From Bacteroidales bacterium (GTDB lineage Bacteria; Bacteroidota; Bacteroidia; Bacteroidales; UBA1402), in assembly GCA_035719105.1 (NCBI GenBank), contig DASTGN010000009.1:72708-136707 (forward strand): a stretch of DNA of 64,000 nt. Direction: 5' to 3'. Below, piece by piece: positions 38,002 to 46,985 of the stretch. Every line of letters starts with the position of its first letter. The stretch's first letter is position 1. The notes below the pieces were generated by a model. That model did no database searches, was not told the origin of the DNA, and worked only from the letters and a program-made list of their open reading frames with translations. Both the position numbers and the translations under genes were made by a program.

Positions 38002-41000
38002 ATGAAAGACACCCTTCGAAAAATCGTTGATCTATTTTTTTCCATGGTGACGACCGTTGTGCTATTGTTGTTTTACGCATTTGGAATCGGTTATGCGACT
38101 TTTGTTGAAAATGCACAAGGCACCGAAGTAGCCAAAGCATTGATATACAACGCACACTGGCTGGAATGCGTCTATCTGTTGTTGGTTGTCAATTTAATTG
38201 GCAGCATCTTCAAATACCAATTGGTACGTAAGCAAAAAAGATCGATTTTGGTCTTCCATTTGGCATTTTTATTAATGCTCACCGGTGCTGGCATCACTCG
38301 GTTTAACAGTTCTGAAGGTTTGATGCACATTCGGGAAGGGCAGTCCAGCAACGAAATTAGTTCAGACAAGACTTCACTTCATATTGAGGCATATGCTGGT
38401 AACCAACGGGTTGAACGAAGCATAGAAACACAAATCAGTGAGAAATCCAAGACTTCCTTAAGTGAATCTTTGGAAGTGGGTGGAAAAACCATTACTGTTG
38501 AAAAGGAATTTTTCGTTCCGAATGCTTTTGAAACGATTGTGCCCGACCAGGAAGGGGAACCCGCCATCTCTCTATTTGTTTTGGATCAAGCGAACAACAG
38601 ACTGGATGGTATTTTGACCAAAAACAAACGAATCACTTTCCAGGATTTGACAATCGCTTTCTCTGATTCTGCAGCCTCAGCCGATGTGGTTTTTTCAGAA
38701 ACCAAACAGGGTGTTCAATTTGTTTCGAATTTGCCCGTTTCTGAAATGGGTATGATGAATCACAGTCAAAAAATGTATCAGTCGGGGCAACCGATTTTGG
38801 TTGTTGCCAAGACCTTATATACCATCAATCACCTGGTTTTGGTAATTAAGACGTATCTGCCCCAAGCCAAAATCAATCTGACTCAAGCTGTTCCAGGAGC
38901 TGATGCATCGGGTATAATGCGAGAAGGAAGAGATGCTGTCGTTTTTAAAGTCAGCGATGGCAACCAGGTGAAACGGATGAATGTGTTCAGCGATTCGAAC
39001 CCTTTGACTGAAGCTTCAAGCAGTCGGTTGGGGGACGTGAGCGTTCGTTTGTCTTATGGAGTCATGCCAAAATTGCTTCCATTTAGCATCAAGTTGCGTG
39101 ACTTTGAATTGGAGCGATATCCAGGTTCCAACAGCCCTTCATCGTATGCGAGTGAAATCACGGTGATTGATCCGGAGCGCAAAATGGTGCTGCCTTATCG
39201 GATTTTCATGAATAACATATTGAATTACAGAGGCTATCGCTTCTTCCAATCATCTTATGATCAGGATGAGCAAGGCACGATCTTATCGGTGAGTCACGAT
39301 TACTGGGGCACCCTGATCACGTATGCGGGCTATTTGATGTTGATCATTGGATTGATTTGGACACTATTCAACAAACAGAGCCGTTTTCGGACTTTACTGA
39401 AATGGAGCAGTGAACTTCAAAAGAAGCGTCAAAAAGTTTTATTCGTTTCACTGATGCTGATAACTGTTGGAGCTCAAGCGCAAACGGTGACCAAGAATCA
39501 GCATTTGAATCAAGTCGACCGATTGCTTGTTCAGGATATGAATCAAGGTCGAATTGAACCGTTCAGCACGTTTGCTTCGGATGTTTTTCGTAAGATCTCT
39601 AAAAAGACGGGTTACCATCAAGCCTCGCCTTCTGAAGTGTTGATTGGTATGATTTCAAATCCCTCTTATTGGCAAAACGAACCCATTATCAAGGTTTCCA
39701 ACGATAAATTGGAAAAGGAATTGGGTGGTATAAACGGTTATGTGGCTTTCAATCAATTGTTTGACTTTGAAAATGGAAATGCCTACAAGCTCAGTGAAAA
39801 GGTGGAAACGGTGTACCATAAGGAACCAACCTTGAGGGACAAATACGACAAGGAGATTTTGAACGTCGATGAACGGATTAATATCTGCTACGAAATTTAC
39901 ACCGGTGCCCTACCCGCTTTCTTGCCTGTTATAGGTCAGCCGGGAGCAAAATGGACTACTCTTTCAGGCGAAATGACGACTGCCCAAACCATGACCCCTT
40001 TGTTGCATCCTTACCTGGTTGCCGTATCGCAAGCATCTAAAACCGGGAATTGGCAACAAGCTGATATCGCACTTCAAAACATTTTGAATTATCAACAGCA
40101 AAACGGAGGCACGATACTGCCATCCAACACACAAATAGGTTTGGAAAAGTTCTACAACGAATGGAATATTTTTGGACTATTGGCAAAGATTTACGCCATG
40201 CTTGGTATGGTGTTGCTCCTGATGCATTTGTTTTACATCTTCAACACAAAAAGCAGTTTAGGGTTCGTTTTGGAAAAGTCCGTTTACCTATTTTGGTTGC
40301 TTTTCGCCTTATACACCATAGGTTTAGGTATTCGTTGGTACATTTCGGGGCACGCTCCCTGGAGCAATGGTTATGAGTCCATGATTTTTGTCGGATGGGC
40401 AACATCCTTGTCGGGCATTGTGTTTGCAAAACGTTCAACCGTCTCACTGGCAATCACGTCGGTGTTGGCAGGTATTATTCTGTTCGTAGCAGGTATGAGC
40501 TGGATGAACCCGGAAATCACGCCCTTGGTTCCAGTATTGAAATCGTATTGGCTCATCATTCATGTCGCAGTAATCACCTCCAGTTATGGATTCCTGGCCA
40601 TGGCTGCTTTACTCGGCTTGCTGAACTTAAGCTTGATGGTTGCACACGCAAAGGTTCGTACGGAACGATTGAGCGATAGTATTTTAGAAATCAGCTACAT
40701 CATTGAACTGGCGATGATCATTGGATTGATGTTGCTGACAGCCGGCTGTTTTATCGGTGCCGTTTGGGCAAATGAGTCGTGGGGACGTTATTGGGGCTGG
40801 GATCCCAAGGAAACCTGGGCATTAGTGAGCATCATCACCTACACCGCCATCTTGCATCTAAGAAACGTTCCTGCCGCCAACAATCGATGGGTATTGAGCA
40901 GTCTGTCGGTATTAGGGTTCAGCACCATTATCATGACCTTCTTTGGCGTTAATTATTACCTGACCGGTATGCACTCTTACGCTCAAGATAGCCCACCGGC

Positions 41001-41094
41001 AATTCCAAAGGCTGTATATTTAGTTGCTGTCGGCATCTTCGTACTGATTGCTTTTGCATACAGGGCGTATAAAAAGGAAATCAAGAATTTATGA
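38002..41094 (+). CDS. ccsBA: Fused system II cytochrome c biogenesis protein CcsBA (ResB-like plus CcsA-like)
   Basis: The protein is 1030 aa. The N-terminal ResB-like part has TM helices and a large periplasmic loop. The C-terminal part has many TM helices and the WWD motif WGRYWGWDPKETWA. Confidence 0.88.
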   Translation: MKDTLRKIVDLFFSMVTTVVLLLFYAFGIGYATFVENAQGTEVAKALIYNAHWLECVYLLLVVNLIGSIFKYQLVRKQKRSILVFHLAFLLMLTGAGITRFNSSEGLMHIREGQSSNEISSDKTSLHIEAYAGNQRVERSIETQISEKSKTSLSESLEVGGKTITVEKEFFVPNAFETIVPDQEGEPAISLFVLDQANNRLDGILTKNKRITFQDLTIAFSDSAASADVVFSETKQGVQFVSNLPVSEMGMMNHSQKMYQSGQPILVVAKTLYTINHLVLVIKTYLPQAKINLTQAVPGADASGIMREGRDAVVFKVSDGNQVKRMNVFSDSNPLTEASSSRLGDVSVRLSYGVMPKLLPFSIKLRDFELERYPGSNSPSSYASEITVIDPERKMVLPYRIFMNNILNYRGYRFFQSSYDQDEQGTILSVSHDYWGTLITYAGYLMLIIGLIWTLFNKQSRFRTLLKWSSELQKKRQKVLFVSLMLITVGAQAQTVTKNQHLNQVDRLLVQDMNQGRIEPFSTFASDVFRKISKKTGYHQASPSEVLIGMISNPSYWQNEPIIKVSNDKLEKELGGINGYVAFNQLFDFENGNAYKLSEKVETVYHKEPTLRDKYDKEILNVDERINICYEIYTGALPAFLPVIGQPGAKWTTLSGEMTTAQTMTPLLHPYLVAVSQASKTGNWQQADIALQNILNYQQQNGGTILPSNTQIGLEKFYNEWNIFGLLAKIYAMLGMVLLLMHLFYIFNTKSSLGFVLEKSVYLFWLLFALYTIGLGIRWYISGHAPWSNGYESMIFVGWATSLSGIVFAKRSTVSLAITSVLAGIILFVAGMSWMNPEITPLVPVLKSYWLIIHVAVITSSYGFLAMAALLGLLNLSLMVAHAKVRTERLSDSILEISYIIELAMIIGLMLLTAGCFIGAVWANESWGRYWGWDPKETWALVSIITYTAILHLRNVPAANNRWVLSSLSVLGFSTIIMTFFGVNYYLTGMHSYAQDSPPAIPKAVYLVAVGIFVLIAFAYRAYKKEIKNL

Positions 41095-41765
41095 ACCGAT
41101 ACCTTCATATAGCTCTGATCACCTTTTATTTTTTGGTGGTGGTAGTGGTCTTATCTTTGCTCATCTACTTTGGACTATCCTACTATCAATTGCCCATCGA
41201 GGAACGTTTTTTTCATCCCATGTACCAAATGTTGAAACCAAGCGGCTTTCTGGGTCATGGTTATGGAGTGTTTGGAACCTTGCTGATTGTAATCGGCTTG
41301 TTTTCGTACATGGCTAGGAAGCATCTGCGAATCTTTTGGGGTCTCGGTTTGTTGAAGCATTGGTTGGAGTTGCACATTTTTCTCTGCACGTTGGGTACCG
41401 AGCTCGTTGTTTTTCACACTACATTCAAATTTGGCGGACTAGTCTCTGTTGGATTCTGGAGTCTGATGATTGTGTGGTTCAGTGGTTTGATCGGCCGGTT
41501 CATCTATATTCAAATTCCATTGTCGATTGAGGGTAGAATGCTTAGTATTCAAGAGGTTCAAGAAAAAATTGAGAATTTGGAATCGGACCATCAAGATGAA
41601 AGGTTGCTCAAAAAATTGAGAAGGCAAGTAAAACATTTGGGAAGAATGAAACGAGTCTTTAAACGTTGGCATTACGCTCATTTGCCCTTTGCACTTATCA
41701 TGCTGATTATAATGATGATACACGTATCGGTGGTTTTAGTCCTGGGTTACAAATGGATTTTCTGA
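41091..41765 (+). CDS. Hypothetical polytopic membrane protein with histidines in or near TM helices
   Basis: It has about 5 hydrophobic helices. His residues occur at GHGYG, KHWLELHIF, VVFHT, WHYAH and MIHV, and there is a long charged helix. The ATGA overlap with ccsBA suggests translational coupling. Confidence 0.6.
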   Translation: MNRYLHIALITFYFLVVVVVLSLLIYFGLSYYQLPIEERFFHPMYQMLKPSGFLGHGYGVFGTLLIVIGLFSYMARKHLRIFWGLGLLKHWLELHIFLCTLGTELVVFHTTFKFGGLVSVGFWSLMIVWFSGLIGRFIYIQIPLSIEGRMLSIQEVQEKIENLESDHQDERLLKKLRRQVKHLGRMKRVFKRWHYAHLPFALIMLIIMMIHVSVVLVLGYKWIF

Positions 41766-41769
41766 AAAT

Positions 41770-43098
41770 ATGAATCAACTGATTGAATGGGGCATTTATG
41801 GCGGTGTTTTTCTGCTTGTTACATCGGTTCTTTTGGTGTACATCCTGAAGCAACGTCGCGAATCGAAGCGTTCGACAGAGAAATTGAGTATTGCCAAGGA
41901 AGAAAACTCGCATGAACCCGTTTCCATTTATCCTTTTATTGACCCGGATCGTTGTTTTAAGAGCGGTGCATGTGCCATGGCTTGTCCGGAAACCGACGTG
42001 TTGGGCATTCGACATGGCCGGGCAGTGCTTATCAATGCTTCCCATTGTGTAGGACACGGAGCATGCATGAGAGCATGTCCGGTAGAAGCCATTTCCTTGC
42101 GAATCGGAACAGAAAAAAGAGGGGTAGACCTGCCTCATCTGAATCCCAATTTCGAAACCAACGTCAAAGGCATTTATGTCGCTGGCGAATTGGGCGGGAT
42201 GGGTTTGATCAGAAATGCTGTAAAACAGGGCAAAGAAGCGGTAGACAACATTCACCATGCCATCAATAAGAAAATAGATGCGGAATTTGATTTAATCGTA
42301 GTCGGTGCCGGACCTGCCGGCATTTCGGCAACATTGCAGGCTATAAACTTGGGAATGAGCGTGTTGACTTTAGAACAAGACACTTTGGGTGGAACCGTGT
42401 ATACCTTCCCAAGGTCAAAAATTGTAATGACAGCACCCATGGACTTACCCACTTACGGCAAAGTTAAATGGAAAGAGACGACTAAGACGGACTTGTTGGA
42501 ACTTTGGCATAAGGTTCTATCAGCAAGGCACATACAAATTAAGGAAAGCACAAAAGTTATTGGAATTGAATCACAAAACGGTGCTTTTCAAGTCAAAACG
42601 AACGAGAATCAGTCTTATACATCCAGAGCTGTTTTATTGGCAATTGGTCGAAGGGGGTCCCCACGAAAATTGAACATTCCTGGTGAGTTATGTGAGAAAG
42701 TAGCCTATCGTTTGCTTGAACCCGAAGAAATCACCGGTAAACGCATCGTCGTAGTCGGTGGAGGGGATTCAGCCATTGAAGCTGCACTTGCCCTGGCGGA
42801 TCATAACGAAGTCATTCTCTCCTATCGTGGCGAGGCATTTAATCGAATTAAAGCAGGCAATGCCCGAAAAATAAGCGATGCAATCAAGACTGGGTTAATA
42901 CCAGTTTTATTCAATTCAAACATTATTTCCATCGAAGAGCATCAAGTTCGTTATAAATTGGACGAATCGGATACCATTCATGAGCTGGAAAACGATTTAG
43001 TGTTTATATTTGCCGGAGGGGAACTTCCTGTTGAGTTTTTGAAAAAAGTGGGTGTACAGGTTACCACCAAACGAGGCGAAACAATTCAAAAAAGCTGA
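41770..43098 (+). CDS. Membrane-anchored 2x[4Fe-4S] ferredoxin-domain FAD/NAD(P)-dependent oxidoreductase
   Basis: The N-terminal TM helix is followed by KQRRESKR. The ferredoxin motifs are CFKSGACAMACP and CVGHGACMRACP. The dinucleotide folds are LIVVGAGPAGISA and IVVVGGGDSAIEAA. Confidence 0.8.
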   Translation: MNQLIEWGIYGGVFLLVTSVLLVYILKQRRESKRSTEKLSIAKEENSHEPVSIYPFIDPDRCFKSGACAMACPETDVLGIRHGRAVLINASHCVGHGACMRACPVEAISLRIGTEKRGVDLPHLNPNFETNVKGIYVAGELGGMGLIRNAVKQGKEAVDNIHHAINKKIDAEFDLIVVGAGPAGISATLQAINLGMSVLTLEQDTLGGTVYTFPRSKIVMTAPMDLPTYGKVKWKETTKTDLLELWHKVLSARHIQIKESTKVIGIESQNGAFQVKTNENQSYTSRAVLLAIGRRGSPRKLNIPGELCEKVAYRLLEPEEITGKRIVVVGGGDSAIEAALALADHNEVILSYRGEAFNRIKAGNARKISDAIKTGLIPVLFNSNIISIEEHQVRYKLDESDTIHELENDLVFIFAGGELPVEFLKKVGVQVTTKRGETIQKS

Positions 43099-44688
43099 AT
43101 GAAAAAACACTTTCTGCTTTCTATTTGTCTTCTAAGCATTTTCACGCTGTCCGCTCAGATATCTCCGGGTGAATTAAGCAATGCTCACGCCAATCTGGAA
43201 GGGGTAAGCAATTGTACCAACTGCCACACGGTGGGCAATAAAGTGACTAACGATCATTGTTTGGCCTGTCATCCGGAAATTCGCTCCAATCAAGCTACCA
43301 AAAAGGGATATCACGGTTCCGTCGATGTAATGGGGAAAAATTGTTTCGCTTGCCACAACGAACATCATGGTCGCACCTTTCGGTTGATCAATTTCAATAA
43401 AAAAACGTTTGATCATCGAAAAACGGGCTTCGAGTTAAAGGGGGTGCACGCTACGTTGGATTGCCAGAATTGTCACCAGGCTGAGCACATTGCCAATGTC
43501 AAACTGAAGCAGAAACGATCCACCTATTTAGGTTTAAACAAAAACTGCCTGACTTGCCACGATGACTTCCACCAAGGTAACATGTCGTCGAACTGTTTGG
43601 AATGTCATCGTTTTGATAGTTTTAAAAACCCAAAAGCTTTTGACCACAACAAAACCCATTTCCCTTTGCTCGGCAAGCATAAAACGTTGAATTGTAAAGA
43701 GTGTCACAAAAATGAACTTGTTCATGGGAAAATCAGACAAGGTTTCAAAAACTTGAGATTTGCGAACTGCAATGCTTGTCACCAGGATGTGCACGATAAT
43801 AAATTCGGCCAAAATTGTAAGAAGTGTCATCAAGAAAATTCGTTCACCAGCATTCGAAATGATAGTGTTTTTAATCACGACAAGACTGATTTTCCACTTT
43901 TGGGGAAACATCGGCTATTGGAATGCAAGCAATGTCATCAATCGGGCAATATGACCAAACCGTTGAAACACGGTCGATGTTCAGACTGCCACCAAGACAT
44001 TACTCACCGAGGTGAATTCGCTGTAAATGGAAAGTCTCCTGATTGTGCCGAATGTCACGACAACAACGGATTCCTTCCTTCCACTTATACGGTGGAAAGA
44101 CACAATGCCTCGGCGTTCAAGCTTTCCGGAGCACACGAAGCAACATCCTGCATGACGTGTCACTACAAGGAAGGCAACTGGCATTTTCGTACTATCGGCA
44201 AAAAGTGTGTGGATTGTCATAAAGACGAACATCAAGGTTTAATTTCAGAGAAGTTTTATAAGCAGGCAACTTGTACCGAATGTCATAATGAATCTAACTG
44301 GAAAACGGTATCGTTTGATCACAATCAAACCAAATTCAAACTGGATGGAAAACATGCGGAACTGGCCTGCAAAGCTTGCCATTATGCTAAAAATGATCGG
44401 GGCGAAATCGTTCAAAAATTCGAGGGCCTTTCTACGAATTGCAATGCTTGTCATACAGACGAGCACGCCGGTCAATTCGAAGTGGACGGAAAAACTGATT
44501 GTGCGCGATGTCACCAAACGAGCCGTTGGAAAGACTCTAAATTTGATCACAATTCTTCACGATTTAAGCTGGAAGGGGCTCACCAGGCAGTTGCATGTGC
44601 CGAATGTCACAAATTAATATCAACTCCAAAAGGTACGTTTGTCGAATACAAATTTAAAGACATCGAATGCTCAAGGTGTCATCAATAA
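43099..44688 (+). CDS. Multiheme c-type cytochrome with 20 CxxCH motifs (c3/c7-like repeats)
   Basis: It has a signal peptide. I counted 20 CxxCH motifs by eye in 529 aa. The module FDHxxTxFxLxGxHxxxxCxxCH recurs. Confidence 0.9.
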   Translation: MKKHFLLSICLLSIFTLSAQISPGELSNAHANLEGVSNCTNCHTVGNKVTNDHCLACHPEIRSNQATKKGYHGSVDVMGKNCFACHNEHHGRTFRLINFNKKTFDHRKTGFELKGVHATLDCQNCHQAEHIANVKLKQKRSTYLGLNKNCLTCHDDFHQGNMSSNCLECHRFDSFKNPKAFDHNKTHFPLLGKHKTLNCKECHKNELVHGKIRQGFKNLRFANCNACHQDVHDNKFGQNCKKCHQENSFTSIRNDSVFNHDKTDFPLLGKHRLLECKQCHQSGNMTKPLKHGRCSDCHQDITHRGEFAVNGKSPDCAECHDNNGFLPSTYTVERHNASAFKLSGAHEATSCMTCHYKEGNWHFRTIGKKCVDCHKDEHQGLISEKFYKQATCTECHNESNWKTVSFDHNQTKFKLDGKHAELACKACHYAKNDRGEIVQKFEGLSTNCNACHTDEHAGQFEVDGKTDCARCHQTSRWKDSKFDHNSSRFKLEGAHQAVACAECHKLISTPKGTFVEYKFKDIECSRCHQ

Positions 44689-45893
44689 TGGTAGCCTTGC
44701 TGATATCAGCTCATTTATCAGGGCAATCTCCCCACGGAAATGCTTTGAGGGTGAGTTGTCATGTTTGTCATACGACAGAGAATTGGAAAGTCAAGGAAAA
44801 GGGATTCGATCACCATACTACCTCGTTTAAATTGGATGGACAGCATAAAGATGTTTCCTGCAAGACTTGCCACCCATCCTTGGTTTTTACTGATGCTCAG
44901 ACAGATTGTGCTTCCTGTCATAAGGATGTCCACCAAGAAACGGTGGGTCGAGATTGCGACCGTTGCCACAACACGACTTCCTGGATGGTCGGCAAAATAA
45001 GGGAAATCCACCGTCTGACGCGTTTTCCATTGGAGGGTGGACACGCCGGCGTAGATTGTAACCAGTGCCACAAATCGGGTTCTCGGCTTCGGTTTGACCC
45101 GATAAGTACGGAATGTGAGTCTTGTCACTTAAAAGATTACAACGCTACGACGAATCCGGCACATGCTGTAGCACAGTTTCCAACCGATTGCAAGATGTGT
45201 CACGATGAAACGGATTGGAAAAACGCTTCGTTTGATCACAATTCCACCACCAGTTTTCCTTTAAGGGGAGGGCATCTGGGACTTAATTGCAATCAGTGTC
45301 ATTCACAGGGTTTTGCAGGGACTGCAACGGCCTGCGTTGCTTGCCACCAAAAGGATTTCAACACCACCATCAACCCCTCCCATTCGGCGGCGGGGTTCAG
45401 CGCCGATTGTCAAACTTGCCATACGGAAACTTCCTGGAAACCCAGTTCGTACAACCATAACACGGCAACCAGCTTTCCATTGAACGGGGGACACCGAGCA
45501 GTGAGTTGCAATCAATGTCATACGCAGGGCTTTGTAGGAACGTCCACCGCTTGTGTGGCATGTCACCTGAAGGATTACAATGCCACGACAAATCCGGCCC
45601 ATGCCACAGCCAAATTTCCTACCAATTGCGAGACTTGCCATACGACTACAACCTGGACAACTTCCACCTTTAATCATGACAGCCAAAATTTCCCGATTTA
45701 TAGTGGAAGGCACCGCGGGCTATGGACTACGTGTACGCAATGCCACACCAGTCCGGCGAACTTTGCTGTTTTCTCCTGCATAACCTGTCATGAGCACAAC
45801 AAAACCTCGATGGATGCCAAACACTTAGGAAGAAGTGGATACGTTTACAACAGCATCAATTGTTTAAGTTGTCACCCACGTGGAAGTACGTAA
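44667..45893 (+). CDS. Multiheme c-type cytochrome with 16 CxxCH motifs
   Basis: I counted 16 CxxCH motifs. Three tandem tri-heme modules each begin with CNQCH. The start is ambiguous between 44667 and 44688, where TAATG overlaps the upstream stop. Confidence 0.88.
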   Translation: MLKVSSIMVALLISAHLSGQSPHGNALRVSCHVCHTTENWKVKEKGFDHHTTSFKLDGQHKDVSCKTCHPSLVFTDAQTDCASCHKDVHQETVGRDCDRCHNTTSWMVGKIREIHRLTRFPLEGGHAGVDCNQCHKSGSRLRFDPISTECESCHLKDYNATTNPAHAVAQFPTDCKMCHDETDWKNASFDHNSTTSFPLRGGHLGLNCNQCHSQGFAGTATACVACHQKDFNTTINPSHSAAGFSADCQTCHTETSWKPSSYNHNTATSFPLNGGHRAVSCNQCHTQGFVGTSTACVACHLKDYNATTNPAHATAKFPTNCETCHTTTTWTTSTFNHDSQNFPIYSGRHRGLWTTCTQCHTSPANFAVFSCITCHEHNKTSMDAKHLGRSGYVYNSINCLSCHPRGST

Positions 45894-45949
45894 TTTCGAT
45901 TAAAATCCTTAGATTTACAGCATTAAAATTCGATTTTTTTTTTCGACCG

Positions 45950-46975
45950 ATGCATCGATTTATTGTACTCCTTTCCATTTTGATCCTGACGTTAAATTGT
46001 TACGCCATGAAATCACCTCATGGAAAAAACTTAACATTGAAGTGTAGCGATTGCCATACCACGGAACAATGGAATGAAGTAAAACCTGAAGATTTTGATC
46101 ATCAAACGACGAAGTTTCCTTTGGTAGGCCAACATCAGATGGTTGGTTGCAAAGCATGTCATCCCACACTCGTTTTTTCGGAAGCACCAACGGAATGTTC
46201 TGAATGTCACACTGATATACACCAGCAAACGGTCGGTGCCGATTGTGCGCGTTGTCATACGCCAGAATCGTGGTTGGTAAAAAACTCTAAAAACAAGGAA
46301 ATTCATCACCAAAGTGGTTTTCCATTGGTTGGTTCACATGCTTCAGCAGAATGTCGGCGTTGTCACGTTTCAGGTTCGAATCAACGGTTTGATATAATTG
46401 ACACTGAATGTTTCAGTTGCCACCGCGACAAATACGAGGCTACTGTCAACCCAAACCACCGAACGGCGGGTTTTGGAACCGACTGCAATCGATGCCACAA
46501 TATGGTTGGAAGGCAGTGGAACGGTTCGAATCAGGGTTTTGAACATGGATTTTTCCCCTTAAAAGGTGGTCATCAGCTTGAATGTGTGCGGTGTCATGCC
46601 AGCGGCACTTATACCGGATTATCCAAAGAATGCGTTTCCTGCCATCAAGCGGACTACAACGCCACAACAAACCCGAATCACGCCGGTTCAGGTTTCTCCA
46701 CAGAATGCCAGACTTGTCACAACATTACTTCTTGGAAGGGGGCTACTTTTGACCATGATGCGAACTTCTTCCCCATTTATAGTGGCAAACACAAGGGTCA
46801 ATGGAATGCCTGTACAGATTGCCACACCAATGCCTCAAACTATGGAACTTTTACTTGCCTGAATTGCCATGCACACAGTAAAACAGCCATGGATTCCAAA
46901 CATCGGGAAGTTGGTGGATATTCTTACATCAGTTCCAGTTGCATGACTTGTCACCCACGAGGTAATGTCAATTAA
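45950..46975 (+). CDS. Multiheme c-type cytochrome with 13 CxxCH motifs, paralogous to the 16-heme protein
   Basis: The signal peptide is MHRFIVLLSILILTLNCYA. It has 13 CxxCH motifs. Its C-terminal module (FPIYSGKHKGQW, CLNCHAH, CMTCHPRG) matches the C-terminus of the upstream gene. Confidence 0.88.
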   Translation: MHRFIVLLSILILTLNCYAMKSPHGKNLTLKCSDCHTTEQWNEVKPEDFDHQTTKFPLVGQHQMVGCKACHPTLVFSEAPTECSECHTDIHQQTVGADCARCHTPESWLVKNSKNKEIHHQSGFPLVGSHASAECRRCHVSGSNQRFDIIDTECFSCHRDKYEATVNPNHRTAGFGTDCNRCHNMVGRQWNGSNQGFEHGFFPLKGGHQLECVRCHASGTYTGLSKECVSCHQADYNATTNPNHAGSGFSTECQTCHNITSWKGATFDHDANFFPIYSGKHKGQWNACTDCHTNASNYGTFTCLNCHAHSKTAMDSKHREVGGYSYISSSCMTCHPRGNVN

Positions 46976-46985
46976 TCACAGATCA

